Position numbers and translations under genes: made by a program. Shown one piece after another: positions 27,115 to 40,838 of a stretch of 64,000 nt of DNA (within the stretch, counting starts at the first letter, position 1; the number at the start of each line of letters is the position of its first letter). Location of the stretch: positions 111,672,796-111,736,795 of the forward strand of contig NC_068986.1 in the NCBI RefSeq assembly GCF_001194135.2. The letters are read 5' to 3'. This stretch comes from Octopus bimaculoides. Its lineage: Eukaryota. The notes beneath the pieces were generated by a model. It worked only from the letters and a program-made list of their open reading frames with translations, was not told the origin of the DNA and ran no database searches.

Positions 27115-27255
27115 ATATCGGTCAAGGCGCGTTCTCCACTATTCGAAGCAGTGTTGGAATTCTTGCGAAGTGATGCCTTTCTAACGCCTCTGTTGTTTCC
27201 TTCTTTACCTCTTCCACATCTGCAAATTCCGTAGCACCAGCTTTGATCACCAGTG
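27115..27255 (-). mobile_element. Mariner transposase C-terminal remnant
   Basis: Minus-strand translation with one frameshift gives ..FADVEEVKKETTEAL(E)/GITSQEFQHCFE*WRTRLDR, matching the mariner C-terminal pattern RFADVEEVK..TTEALKGI...EFQ.CFEQWK.RLD. Confidence 0.75.
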
Positions 27256-27365
27256 ATTATCTTCGAAGAAAGGTCTGGATACACTGAGTATTTTTTAATA
27301 TGTCAAATTAAAGTGTCATAAAATTATGAAACACATTGTAACTGTTTCGGTTGAGTATTAAATTG

Positions 27366-27430
<65 letters not shown>

Positions 27431-28989
27431 GTAAGTCAATACTGAATCAAATGCCACAAAATAGCAGCAAAAATGAAAGGATGTCAGATATATATGAGAG
27501 GAGTTCAATATGGCTATAGATTAATGGAGATGAAATTAAAGTCTGTAATCTACTAAACAATGAACAGTAATAGGAAAAGCTAGATTGAAATAGAACGAAA
27601 GTGCAGGTTCTTTCAGTGGTCTTCGTGCCAAACTGTACACAATTCAGTTTATGAATAAACGATCACCTTTAGATAAATGGTACGTTCCCGGGACCCACGT
27701 GTAAATTGATGTGCGAAAGTATCATGAGACCAACTTAGAATTATAATCCAAGTGAGCCCGGTTTCCGTAGACTGCCAAAGACTAACTGGTCTAAACACTT
27801 GCTTGACGAGAAGTCTCCTGTAAAAAAACTTCTCTGCTCACCCCACAGCGAATTCCACTTGCTGTTCGCATCTTTGCTTCAAATCAACATCATATGCATT
27901 TATGATATTATTTATAGTCGGTATATCCCCCAGTAGATTATTCTACTTACGTCTTATTGCAAATCTTAATTTATTGAGAATAGTATGCTCTCCCTTTAGA
28001 GAGATCATTAGCCTCTCATTAAGTCTAATTACTCGTCTGCTGATTAAAGTTGTAAATTCACATGAATTATCCTTTTTAGTTCACTCACGACGTTAGCCAG
28101 TATTTAACACTACCATCCTGTACACCCTATTGCGATAAATTATGAAATTTTATTTAGAGGTTTATGACGAGAGTTAACACCAATAAGGTGAATAATTATA
28201 AATTAGCCACAATGAGTTGATATCAATGATTGGGCGGATATTGCTACACAATATTGGACAAAAGAACAGAGGAGGAAACGGGGCTGTGCATCCCCAAATT
28301 TATATTCTCAATATATATTAGAAGTACTAAGGATCAACTGTAAAATGGGTTAGTTTGTTATGTGATATGTGAAATAAACAAATAAACAATGAATATTGTC
28401 TTGTTTTACATTTGTTGGATGCTGAGATACAGCTAATGTTATTTGAGCCATATATGTATCCCTTGATACTTGCACGTCTACGTAGAAATAACATAGTTGC
28501 ACCTCCATAGAAATAGCAATGAAACATCTTTCAAATCACACCCTATGGTCTTGAACAAGCGGTCCATTTGTATTGTAAGTATAGATAACATTAAAAAAAA
28601 TAAGTTGGTTCAAGCTCAGATATTTCTGACTGCGTGCGTGGTGGATCAAAGTTAAACTTAGTATATAACTGCAAAAACGGCCTGGGTCATCAGAGCATTT
28701 TTACACATATGTTCATTATCAACATCCTTACAAATCGCTGTTTTCTAAAGACAACGATATGTTAATAGTTGTAAGAATGACAAAGACGGCCAAACTAATA
28801 TAAAATTGGTTTGCACGCTATCTTAGGGGGAAAATATATATTAGGATTCAAGTGATATTTCTCTACTTTATTTCACATGTTAGGAACTTTACTCATTTCT
28901 GCAGAGGATCATAATTAGTGAAATATTAACCCAAGAGCACCAGGTAACGATGACCTCATAACATTTAAGTATGGCTTTCACAATAACCT

Positions 28990-29345
28990 CCCGTCCGCTA
29001 TGGGCGGATTGGAAATTCATTTCTCGGATTAACACCAGTATCTTATGTTTGTGTGATTCAGCAGAATCAATATGTTGCAGACCCTCGCAAAAGTAATACG
29101 ATAAATTGATATTGTAAAGTAGTGCTTCATGATGTAGCACACACATTCGTCCTATATTTTTCACCTGTAAATAATATAGGCCTTGCCATTTTTCTGTTAC
29201 TGAATCATTGGAAGTAATGTAAATTACCTGACAAAAATGCAGTGCCATTTTTGTAAGTCACGAGATTGAGTGTATGACTCTATCGCGAATGGTTATCTCG
29301 CAGGGGCGGTTGGAAGTAGAATCATCCAATTTCTATTGGGATGTG
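28990..29345 (-). mobile_element. Possible heavily decayed hAT (Buster/Charlie-like) transposase remnant
   Basis: Motifs appear in the expected order across frames: LDDST (cf. LDEST), ITSNDSVTEKWQGL (cf. ITTDGA..MTGK..GL), CVLHHEAL (cf. HCIIHQEAL), GLQH (cf. RGLNH), LLNHTNIRYW (cf. LL.HTEVRW). Spacing is compressed, implying deletions. Confidence 0.45.
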
Positions 29346-31364
29346 AACGCATTTGCAATAGTCCTGAATCGATATTACCACAGAAATCTACAATTATCAA
29401 TAACGACCGGCTCGTAACCAATTGTAAACGATCAATCAACTAAGCTAAATTATTCGGAACCATTTTAACGATAAAAACAAATCATTAAACATTGTGATCG
29501 CCACTCTTTTACTACTTGATTCGTTCTATAATAATTAATTTCCAGTTGATTTGTGTCAAATTGGAAAACTTCAGTATTTAGCCCAAGGGAACCATAAAAT
29601 TTCACATACAGGCTACGAAATACCAATACATCGGAATCTAAACCGAAATGTGATTTGTATAGGTATTCATACATACTCGTATAAATACACAAAATGAAAG
29701 ATAGAATAGACTTGTAAAAGAACGTATGTTAGGCTAAAGTGAAACTTGTAATACAACTCTAAATAAAGACATTTTAAACCTTAGGAATGTAATGAGAGAA
29801 AAGTAATGGCGAAACATAGCAGATTGACCGCTTAATATCCAATGTGTTAAAATTGGGAAAGCTTTCATTGAGCGGAAATCAATCTGCCCTAAACGGAAAT
29901 TGATGTTTCTGAAATTGGGCTATTACTTTCTTAACTCTAGCAGCAATTGGATACATTCAATGTTATGTTTAAGTTTGTTGGTAAAACACAAAGACCTGGA
30001 CGCTCATATATACACACATAAAGCAGATACAGATACACCGTACACACAAACCCAGTAATGCGTTTGCAAATACATAACATACACCATTTTACAAATACTA
30101 CAGTGGAGAGAAACATACATACACCCACATAAACATGAATCTGTATGTTTAATTGCCTGTATATGCATATACATACTCTCACACACATACAGATACGCAC
30201 ATATATATATTATTTTCTCATCACACTCGCATGTACGTACGTGTGTGCATATATGTATATTACTCAAACGCTCACATATATTTATGTATAATGTATATCT
30301 TATGATATCTTAAAGCCTCTTATCTGTTATCCCTTTCCACGCACATACACGCGCACGCATACGATGCATACATATAAAGTTCTTTCTAGAAACAGTTTTA
30401 CTAAAATATGAGATAGGCAATGTTGTGATGTCTTTTCTTATAAATGAAAAACTCACCGCCAAAGTGTGCACTAAACAAGAGGCACAATAACAGAAGCAAC
30501 ACCAGGACAACCACTTAGTTTATAATCATGAATGTGACTATATTTGTTTCAAATGTTGTTATAAGGCCAAAGTTTGTGATTGTATTAATCGTTTGTTCGC
30601 TTCTCAACTTCTTTCCGAGTAAAAGTATATTTCTGAATGGTATCCTTTTTTTTTGGGGTGGGGTGTATCTCCAATTGGTGGACGCCTTGATTTATATTTC
30701 TGTTCATACATTCTTCGTAATGTTAACATTTCTCTTGTGGTTATGCCTCATGTTGTTTTTGGTCATTGTTTTTGTATTTGAAATTCAGCAGTTGATTTCA
30801 GTCAAATGCCTGTTCTTGTTTAGCCATTTGGCAAACATTCCCTGACATGTATTCTACTGAAGTCTTTCTTTCTTTATTTTCCTGATATTGTGTATTTGAC
30901 CAATCATGATTAACAAATGCCACGAGTTTTCACGAAAGTTGTGTGGCTTCTACGCGCCAATTTACACGATATTTCTTGAAGAGGGCATTACGAATTACAT
31001 GACCCAATTTCAAGAACCACTTCGACCTTTGGCGCAGTGATTATATTATGGAGCTTTTTTTTTTATATTAGATAGGTTGTGTTGTCTAAGTATCAGGATA
31101 CATTTTACCTAAGTACCGATAAAAAATTACGCCTCACCAAACAACAAGCAAAGCATGTCGAGTAAAGCAAATTCTACCAACAAAGGCTAAATGATACTGA
31201 ACGCTTTGCAGAGTGTGGTTATGGTAGTTTGTGAAGCATCTTCTTCGCTAATCTTAAAATACTAATCTGTAAATTGTTATTAACTTCAATGTAGGGCATA
31301 GAACTAGGCGAATTCACGTCGAACTACCATCTGATTGCCAGCCGAAGGGGAAAATATTTTGTTA

Positions 31365-31580
31365 GGCGGCGAGCTGGTAGAATCGTTAGCACACCGAGCT
31401 AAACGCTTAGCAGTAGTTCGTCTGCCGTTGCGTTCTGAGTTCAAATTACGCCGAGGCCGACTTTCTCTTTCATCCTTTCGAGGTCGATTAAATAAGTACC
31501 AGTTACGATTTAGTCCGTTTGTGTGTCCTTGTTTGTCCTCTCTATGTTTAGCCCCTCTGTGGGCAATAAAGAAACAAATA
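31365..31580 (+). mobile_element. SINE family A, tail type a
   Basis: ggcggcgagctggtagaatcgttagc...gttcaaattacgcc...ctttcatcctttcgaggtcgattaaataagtaccag...tgtcctctctatgtttagcccctctgtgggcaataaagaaac. Confidence 0.9.
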
Positions 31581-32307
31581 TTGTTTGTGTGGTTTATCAA
31601 TTCGGCCCTGATGGAGCAAATCTATGAGAGCAAAAAGGGATAAAAGTACCTCATTCATGGTCAACCTAGCTTTAGTTGCTTTTATTCAGGGAACTACAAT
31701 ATCCAATGAGTCGATCTAACTTGTTTTAAGATATTTGTGTATAATATGAAATAAATGTGGATATAACTTCTTTCAGTTGGATCAAGCAATTAGTGGATGT
31801 CTGAATAGCTTCAAATATTTCTTCTTATTACCGCTGCTGAAGCTTACTCAATACAACCAATCCCTCAATGCCAAATTCCAACAAATTTAAACGACTTACT
31901 TATGTGTCTGTATATATATAACAATATATTTTATCCATGGATATATCCCAAGGCTAGATATAAAATACTATGAAATTAACTGCGTTTGAATGCTTTTTCT
32001 TAGTTGAAACTAATTTACCACATTTTTAACGTTTTTCAATTGCATCATCCAGCTATCTGCTGATTTCTATCGCTAACGGCTTGTGAAAATCATAAATAGT
32101 ATTTGTATTGCTGCACACATTTTATGTATGAAGTTCATTTCGTTTCTACCTACGTTAAGTACCCCAAGGAAAGAGTGAGTAAGCAATCACTTGATCTGCG
32201 AGAAATGTAGAGAAAGTACACGGCCTGAATAAAGACAGGATGCGCATGACTTGAATGTTTTCCTCAAAGATTTTCTCGATTACTACTATCGCATAATTAA
32301 ATAACTG

Positions 32308-32310
<3 letters not shown>

Positions 32311-32405
<95 letters not shown>

Positions 32406-32440
32406 TGTGTGTGTGTGTGTATGTGTGTGTGTGTGTGTGT
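32311..32440. repeat. Long (TG)n microsatellite
   Basis: Seen directly; generates the CVCV/THTH ORFs. Confidence 0.95.
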
Positions 32441-35400
32441 TTTCAGAATTGTACCAATTATCAAATACCATCACCAAGGGCAGTTATTAACATTTCGTTT
32501 CAGGAATATATCCTCCCACACCACTAAATTATAATCTTGTCTGGAACTGTTCTGCTGGCCGATTTACAGAATAGATGTCATAATAATTAACAGACAAAGA
32601 AAAGTGTAATCAAAGCATTTGATGGGAACATATTAATTAACGAATAACAGCAAATTGAGTTAGACATTTCTAAGATACACATCCGGTGAAGACAAAAATA
32701 ATAATATTACGTGTGATTCCGGTTAAAAATGTATAAACCACTGATCTAGGAATTTAAAAATATAGCTGCATTTCTCTTCAGTTGCTGTACGATTGCTTTG
32801 ATAGTGTAGAACGTTGACTACACACAAAACGCTGTGGGTAGCAATGGTTACTTCCTATTTGCTTACCCCTTGAATATATGAAAAATGGTTTATATTTCCT
32901 TCAGAGTTTGCTTGTGCTACATTTATCGAAACTCGAAAGAATCCCTCTCAACACATGGTTATGATACCTTCCGCACCACTTCTGCTCATGATCAGAGATG
33001 TACATACTGACAGTCACCGAGGAATATGCTCAACTGGTTATGATCAAGCAGTTGACAAGCAAATATGTAGTATTGAGCAGAATATTTGGTATAACGATAT
33101 TTCTGCTTCAGCAAATCAGCGCAGAATGTAATGATAAATAGGTCATTTTCAATAATCGATCACAGAAGCAAAGCTTGAAGGGGATATTGAACATTTCCTT
33201 CGAAATCTAGATAGAGAAATTTTGGAAGAATCACTTACTGACCAAATACAAAAACAATAAAAATTTTGTTACACAGGCTAATCGTACAGCGACAATGATA
33301 CACCGGGGTTACCCAGTCTCTTAGAACAAATAGAAACGAATTTTCCTTAGACGTCAACAAATAGTGCTGGAAACGAAAACCGTCGGATCATATATCCTTC
33401 TATATACGATACACAACACCCAAGAAAAATACTAATAACTGGAATGAATTTAATAAAAGGTTTGTTCGATATGGGACACCGTTACCCTAAGTACTATTCA
33501 CATAAAAGAGTACCATACAAAACGATTTTCAGCACGAAGTCTATTCAAAATGTTAACCAGCTATTAGTAAATTAGGTAAAATGCAGTAAACTATTTTACT
33601 GATGTGAATAAGAACAGGGTGCAATATAAATATATTTGTGAAGAGAAGTACAATTAAATCACAACTGAAATGACTGATCGTCGACGTAATCAAGAAGGAA
33701 ATATGTGGCGACAAACAGCCCTATCACACACTAAGAATAACAACGACTCATGGTTATTTACTTATGACTATCTCTGTCAGAAACACTGTGAATATTAATT
33801 TGCTCTTTTGCTGTAAATAATTATGGAGACTAATGTTTTTCGTTTATGATACAATATAAACCAACCCTCGATCTAACAGCACGTTTTATGCCATTAAATC
33901 TAGATTCGCAACGATTCTACGTTTCAAAGACTAACTGAAAGCTTTCAAAAGAATAACTCTTGTGAAATGCCATATATGGGCATTGTAAACACTATAGTGT
34001 GTCGGATATCAAGACTTACTTTGCTCCCCAGCTGTTTCATTTTTACTTTTACTTCGCTTGAAATTAGTCTGACTTTCGCTAAAAATGCACAATGACCGTT
34101 TGCGCACGTTCCATACAGAGACAAATCTTCAATAACGAAAGGTGCATCGTTGATGTTTTCCAGTTTGAAAATTAATTTAAATGTCCATACAAAAATAAAA
34201 AGCAAGAAACCACAACAGATTGAAACTGAAATCTAATATCTCAATAAGATGTGTGAAAAAATGAATAGAAAATAAGAAAACATTTAAAAGTTTTTGCTTC
34301 TGTGAATAGAAAATCTCTTTAAAATCCGATAAACCCTTGAAGATATATACTGTCTTAAACATAAGTAATGTTTTGAAGATTGGCTTCAAAAGTATATCTC
34401 TTTCAATATGATAATTTATACATCTTACACACGTAATGTCATATAATGTCTAAATAGTCTTCACAAGAAGATAAAGGTGATTGCATTCGTCTTGTTTGTG
34501 ATAGTATATAATTTAAAGGACTGCGACCAGTCGGAAGCCAAAACAATTTTTCTTTTGTTTACTTGTATTGCTAGTGACTGATAAGTTTTATATGATAAAT
34601 CTGGTTGAGATAATGGAGGATTAAAGTTTGAAAGCTTATCTATTGATTATTCTCAATATTTTTCCACTCATGACTGATTTGTTTTAACTAAATGCTTTTA
34701 CTTGTTTGAACAACAGTTTGACATCCACATGAACATTTGTTTATCGATGTCTGCCTTCGGAAGGAATTTTTCGGATGCAAAAACTGTAGGATGTGACTAA
34801 TGCGTTAAATATAAATATATTTGCAAAAACAATGTAATACACATATTAACCTTCCATAAAATATCAATATTTGTGTCGCTGACGTACGAAAAATATGGGA
34901 AATTTCTAGAAAAGAGTACAAAATAAATTTTATGAAAGTGTGTTAAATATAGATTTATTTATTTATTTACTTATTTATCTACTGTTAGCAACATCCCAAT
35001 AAAAATGAATCCTATACACTTTATAGATACACACTCGCACATATACACGCATACATATATATATATGTATGTGTCTGTGTGTGTACGTGTCTGTGTGCAC
35101 ACAAGCGTGCGCGTTGGTGTGTGTCTATGTGTGCCTCTGTGCGTGTGTGTATGTATGTGTATCAGTGTGTGCGTGTTTGTATGTATATGTGTAAGGTAAA
35201 TAATGTCTTTTCTTTTTAATTTATAAGCGGACATTTTACACATATGTTTATTTATCAATAAATCCTTTTACAGCTTGTTTTACGAATAGTTTTAAATTGA
35301 AAATCATCAAAAGCATTTCTCCTTCTTGGATTTCTTAATTCTAACAAGAACAACATGAAAAACCGTATCAATAATAAAAGCATAATTAATAATAATAACA

Positions 35401-36639
35401 ACAACAAGAACGGCAATAACACCAATAAAAATATGAATAATAATAATGGAATTTTGTATCAAAGGAAATATTTAAAACATTATCTAAAACAACTATTGAT
35501 TCACATTTTTATTTTTAAATTCATTTTCAGTAGAATCTAATACCAGATGTGAAGTAGATTTGGTTTTAAGACTTTCAATCTGTTATCGAAAAGTAAATGG
35601 AAACAGACGACAGAATATAACGAAAAGAAAACAAAGAAAAGGAAGATCAATATTAAAAATACAAATATGGAATCTACTGATAAAGGAATTGCTGGATGAA
35701 AGCTTTTAACTTGACTATAGAGAAACACATATTAATGGGTAAAGATCTCTGTGGAATAAGGGATAAAAACCAATTGTGAAGACAATCTTTATAAATCCAT
35801 GTACAGTACTGTAAAACATTTTTAATATGACCTATTTGGGAACACATACATAATACAAACAGATATTGAATTACTAAAATGTTTCGCTAGTCATTAGGGA
35901 TTAGAATGTCTTTTATTTTTCCAATTATAAAATATATTTTCAACTTTAAAATGAAAAATCATTCAAAATTGCGCAGAGATTTATTTATAGCAAATATTAT
36001 TATAGTATAGCACTATTTACGAGACCAAGATGTGCCTGTCCGAATGACCGATCTTGTAGAAGAGAACAAAAATTATGGTAGTTAATATGAAAATAATGAA
36101 GTATATTATTTATTGCTATATAATGTAAATAGGATAGTTATGGACGCAATATCATTGAATGAGTAAGAAGCCCGGTTCGCAGTTCTCTGATGACTGATTC
36201 GATACTATTGTAAGACATCTTAGTGAAGTTACTTTTCCAGTCACTTGGGTTAATTAAGCTCGTCAGTGAAAGTAGGATGACAGAAATTGTGAAGAAACCT
36301 GCTTGATGTCGAATGTCTCTAATACCTCAACCGATAGAATACCTATAGCTAACACTTTTTCGTACTGATTCGGTATCCTTTCGTTCGACGTTGCTGATAA
36401 GGTACTTGAAATGTTTTGAACACTTATCTGTATTCCACCTACGGCATTTTTTTTACCTCTTCTTACCTATTATATACGATCTATGAAAAATAAAGTGAAA
36501 TGGTTAAAAATCAATTTATGATCTTGCATAAAAGACGGAAATCAAGTAACTCTACAACAGAAATTTAAAACCACGATATAAAACCATAGACTTTTCTAAC
36601 GGTGATTCTACACAAGAATGGCTATCTTGTAAGCGGCAT

Positions 36640-36800
36640 AAACGCAGGCAAGTTGCAGACTTTGCTCCACAACCTCAAGAATCTAGGTACTGTCCCACAA
36701 CGTGGCAAACAGGGTGTGTGTATTCTATTAAAGCGTCGGGCCGACAAAATGCATGGGAGTGGATTTGGTAGACGGAAAGTAAAATAATCCCTTCTTGTAT
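36640..36800 (+). mobile_element. SINE family B, 5' half (degenerate)
   Basis: aggtactgtcccacaacgtggc...gtcgggccgacaaaatgcatgggagtggatttggtagacggaaag matches the head at 11209-11363 (-); followed by (CT)n. Confidence 0.7.
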
Positions 36801-36995
36801 CTCTCTCTCTCTCTCTCTCTCTTTATATATAAAGGCTTTCTCTATTCCCGAGCGTTAAACTAATACATCCCTTTGTTGTTTACACCACCTGTCCTCGTCT
36901 GTTGTTTTTTTCGTAAATTTTCCCATATATATANNNNNNNNNNNNNNNNNNNNNNNNNNNNNNNNNNNNNNNNNNNNNNNNNNNNNNNNNNNNNN

Positions 36996-37022
<27 letters not shown>

Positions 37023-37028
<6 letters not shown>

Positions 37029-37237
37029 TATAATTAAAAACACAATTATAATTAGAGGTCAGCTAATTGCTTCACCACATACCGAATTTTGAAATACGAG
37101 ATAAAAAATCCTTTTGTATTAACGTAAGATTCTTACGGTAATAGAAAAGGAATTTTTAACTCCTATTTCTAAATTCGGTATGTGGTGAAGCAATTAGCTG
37201 ACTCCTAATTATAATTGTGTTTATAAATATAGAATAT
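37023..37237. repeat. 215-bp near-perfect palindrome (107-bp arms, 1-nt centre)
   Basis: 37023-37129 versus the reverse complement of 37131-37237 match 97/107 with no indels; centre cgtaaga-t-tcttacg. Confidence 0.95.
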
Positions 37238-37343
37238 TTATGTAATTTTACCTAAAATGTTTATTTTAAAATACCGATCTACTTACTAACATTATTAATT
37301 AACTATTGAATAATTAATTAATTTTACCCTTATATTATTAATA

Positions 37344-37401
<58 letters not shown>

Positions 37402-37439
37402 ATGTATGTGTATTTGTATGTATACACATGTTTGTCTAT

Positions 37440-37590
37440 GTCTGAGTGTGTGTGTGTCTTTGAGTCGGCGTTTGTCCTTCACCACCTCTGAGCGACTGGT
37501 GTCGGTGCTGGGGTCGATTCGTTCGACTGAAATTTTATATGGTAATGCCCCAGCATGGTCGTAGTCTTATGATTCAAACAAACAATATAT
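37440..37590 (+). mobile_element. SINE family B, 3' half with a deletion
   Basis: gtttgtcc...ctggggtcgattcgttcgactg...gccccagcatggtcgtagtc...gattcaaacaaac; preceded by a CA/TG tract. Confidence 0.65.
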
Positions 37591-39069
37591 AAAAAATAAG
37601 AATTAAAAATAACAAAAAGAGATATCTCTGAAATATTTAGTCCATTAAACACTAGTTCAACGCGTGAGAAATACAGTTAGTACAGCTGAATGTCAAAATT
37701 CGAACCAGAAATAGGGCTATTTCACATTTTCTATGTAATTGAAACTATATTTGAAACATTTAAATCCTTGCATGTCTATATATGAACGAAACAACAAATG
37801 AACAATCTCGTGTCACTGCCGTTTTTAAAAGTAACTGACATAGAAATCTTTGCTTGATCATCTATTATGTAGTCTCAATGCATTACAATGCTTAGATATT
37901 GTTATTCTATTAATACAGTCTCTGTTTCTGCGATCAGCATTTAAGAAATTATGAAGTCAGGATGAGATCCCTGACCTATTTATTATACAACATCCATAAG
38001 GCCTTTATATATTGTTTCCTAGTAAAAAAAATTGTCCGGGTTTAATGAAAAAAAATTCCTTCCATAAAACACGAGGCCATAAAATTGGTCAGAATTGTTA
38101 CTATTCTTCGTTTGACTAATCCATTAAAATTCCATTAAAACAAAAGATCATCACGACTGGAGAATCTTTGATCATTCTTCCCCATGATATGAATTGACTT
38201 AGGAAAAGATGATCTCAACATTGACAAAACAGGACAAGTCTTTCAAATGAACTCTTCATGGTCACTGAGTCTACCAGAAGCAAAAGGCTGATTGCGTCTC
38301 AGTTACAACCTATCTACTTAGAAAAGATGATTTGAATGGAATAGCTCCGGATAGCAAATGCGTAAAACCGATGGAATTTACATGACACCAATGTCTTTCA
38401 TTGAAGGTCTACTTCATAATAGCTGACACAGAGTTAAGCAACGATAACAATAAAACGACATGCGCTACTATACTCATATCTACAATACTACACTGCACTG
38501 AGAAGTACTACAGTGTAGTAATATGCAATATGACATTAAAATACACTGCTATAGTAGCACCTATAGTACAGCAGTGTGTTTGAGATCACTACTACACAAT
38601 GGCAAATCAATAAAGTATCGCTCTGAAAGTGTTTTCTGCTGGCATGGATAGATGTATCGCATGTGGATGAACTGGGAATCGTAGGTCTCCGGAGATTTTG
38701 AAGAGGGATAAATAAGATAAAAGGCAGATGAAACTCAAAAGAACAGTATTAAAATCAAATTCGAGCTAACATATTAAATATAGTGAACCTCTACTAATTA
38801 AGAGAGTACTTGAACATAGTATTATGACTATAATTTGTATCATATCAGTAAGTTCACGAAGTATATATATNNNNNNNNNNNNNNNNNNNNNNNNNNNNNN
38901 NNNNNNNNNNNNNNNNNNNNNNNNNNNNNNNNNNNNNNNNNNNNNNNNNNNNNNNNNNNNNNNNNNNNNNGTTAAAGTGATACATTTTGAGAAAATATGG
39001 ATAATAATAAATGGAGCAAACGCATGTCGATGAAAGGTGTTACGACGATTACACCAACCTCAGAACACA

Positions 39070-39166
39070 CTTATTTTACCGTTTCCGAAATGATAAAAGC
39101 TAAAGTCGACCACGGCGGAATTTCAACACAGAACGTAAAGACATACAAAAAGCCGCTTAACATTTT
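39070..39166 (-). mobile_element. SINE family A fragment
   Basis: aaagtcgaccacggcggaatttcaacacagaacgtaaag is the reverse complement of the family A B-box region. Confidence 0.7.
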
Positions 39167-39691
39167 GGAGAGTCCGAAATTGGCTGACCTGGCGGAAACT
39201 TGTTAATCACTATCAATGCTATTCATGTTAAATCATAATATTTTTTTACTCTTCAAACAGTATTGAGTTATCAGTTTAATGTAAATTTACTTTTGTTACA
39301 AACTACATAAAAAAGCAAATATTGGTATGTATGAGTGTGTGTGTTTACTTCTATATGTGAGTGAGTACACACGCGCGCTCACACGCACACACGCACATGT
39401 ATGCATTTTTATCTCTATATATTAATTCTATTCCAATGTAAAATTGTTCCACGTCTTTCTTTATTTAAATAGATGCATGCATGTTTAAATATACGTATAT
39501 TGAGGTTCATACACAAGAGCATATTAGTTGTGTACGTATGTGTTTGTGAGTGTGCCCGTGCGTTTATGAAAGAGAGAGAGTGAGAGAGAGAAAGAGAGAA
39601 TGTGTTTTTGTGTGTGTGAATGTACGTGTGAATGTAATCGATGTTATTCTTTCCACAGATTTGTATATGCATAGTTGCACATTCACACACG

Positions 39692-39734
<43 letters not shown>

Positions 39735-40778
39735 ACACACACAACCGTATAATTTTCAGAATGTGGTACTGAGCACGAACTCATATTCCTTCGGACAGCT
39801 CTGCATTGTCTTGTCATGCAGAGAGCCGCAATAACAAGTCCTCACAAACGCAACTTGTTCCTAATCTTCTTGAAGACAATATAACAGGAAGTCATAACAG
39901 AAACTTGATGCTTTAATGGTAGGGTGTCGTTACCAATAACATTATATTTTCGAATGTCTTTAATTACCGATTAGAAGCATAGTTTTAATCAATAACTGAA
40001 CACAACATTTCTATAAACAAAACTGCTTGCACTTGAAATCTTCTTTGTGTGCTCTAACACGAATTTCGATAGCTCCACCACGACGAAGAATTGCCAATGA
40101 TTCTCATAGAATTAATGTATTGTTTGTTAGACAAATCAAATGAAGCTGTTCGTGTGAAATACTATAACGACAAAGCAGGCAATTCTTTCCATTGCAACAC
40201 GTTGTTATTTTAGTCCACGTATTTAGCTGAATGTTATGCTCCGCGATGTCTATTGTTTGTTATAAGTACTCAGAAAACGTTAAATTATAATACTAACTTT
40301 TAATAAAAGAGAATGGTGATGGGGAAACAGCTCCATCACTGAAGCAAACTGATGAAACTGCAGTCACAAACACAAATCTATTACTTTTAATCACATTTAT
40401 GCAATGACCAAATTTTGTTGGTTAAATATATAAATGCTCACCACTCTCCATGTCTTTAAGTTTGTTTAGATACGCATGCGTTTATGCTCATTTATAAAGT
40501 ATGTGCATCCGGTCAGATATTTAGTACGTTCGTCTCATTATCATAAAATCTTTCTTTTAATTAGTTGACTGGTCAGCGCGTATGTCTTGGGTGGCGCGTT
40601 GGGCAACGTGTTGACTGGGTAACGTGCAATGCAAAATATTTAACGCAACACTTGTATACCCGACCCGAATGTTTATCAGCTTAGTGTTTGGAAAGCTAGT
40701 AAGATACGGGCTATCAATGAAACTCACATACATCTGTTATTCCCGTGTGTTTGTATAATATATGAATTTGCATACACA

Positions 40779-40838
40779 CACACGCACACGCACACGCACA
40801 CGCACACGCACACGCACACGCACACGCACACGCACACG
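40779..40838. repeat. (CACACG)10 hexamer microsatellite
   Basis: Ten perfect copies counted; source of the RVRV ORF. Confidence 0.9.

Noticed and set aside
31304-31643. 98-aa and 102-aa overlapping ORFs
   Set aside because: Both read through the SINE at 31365-31580.
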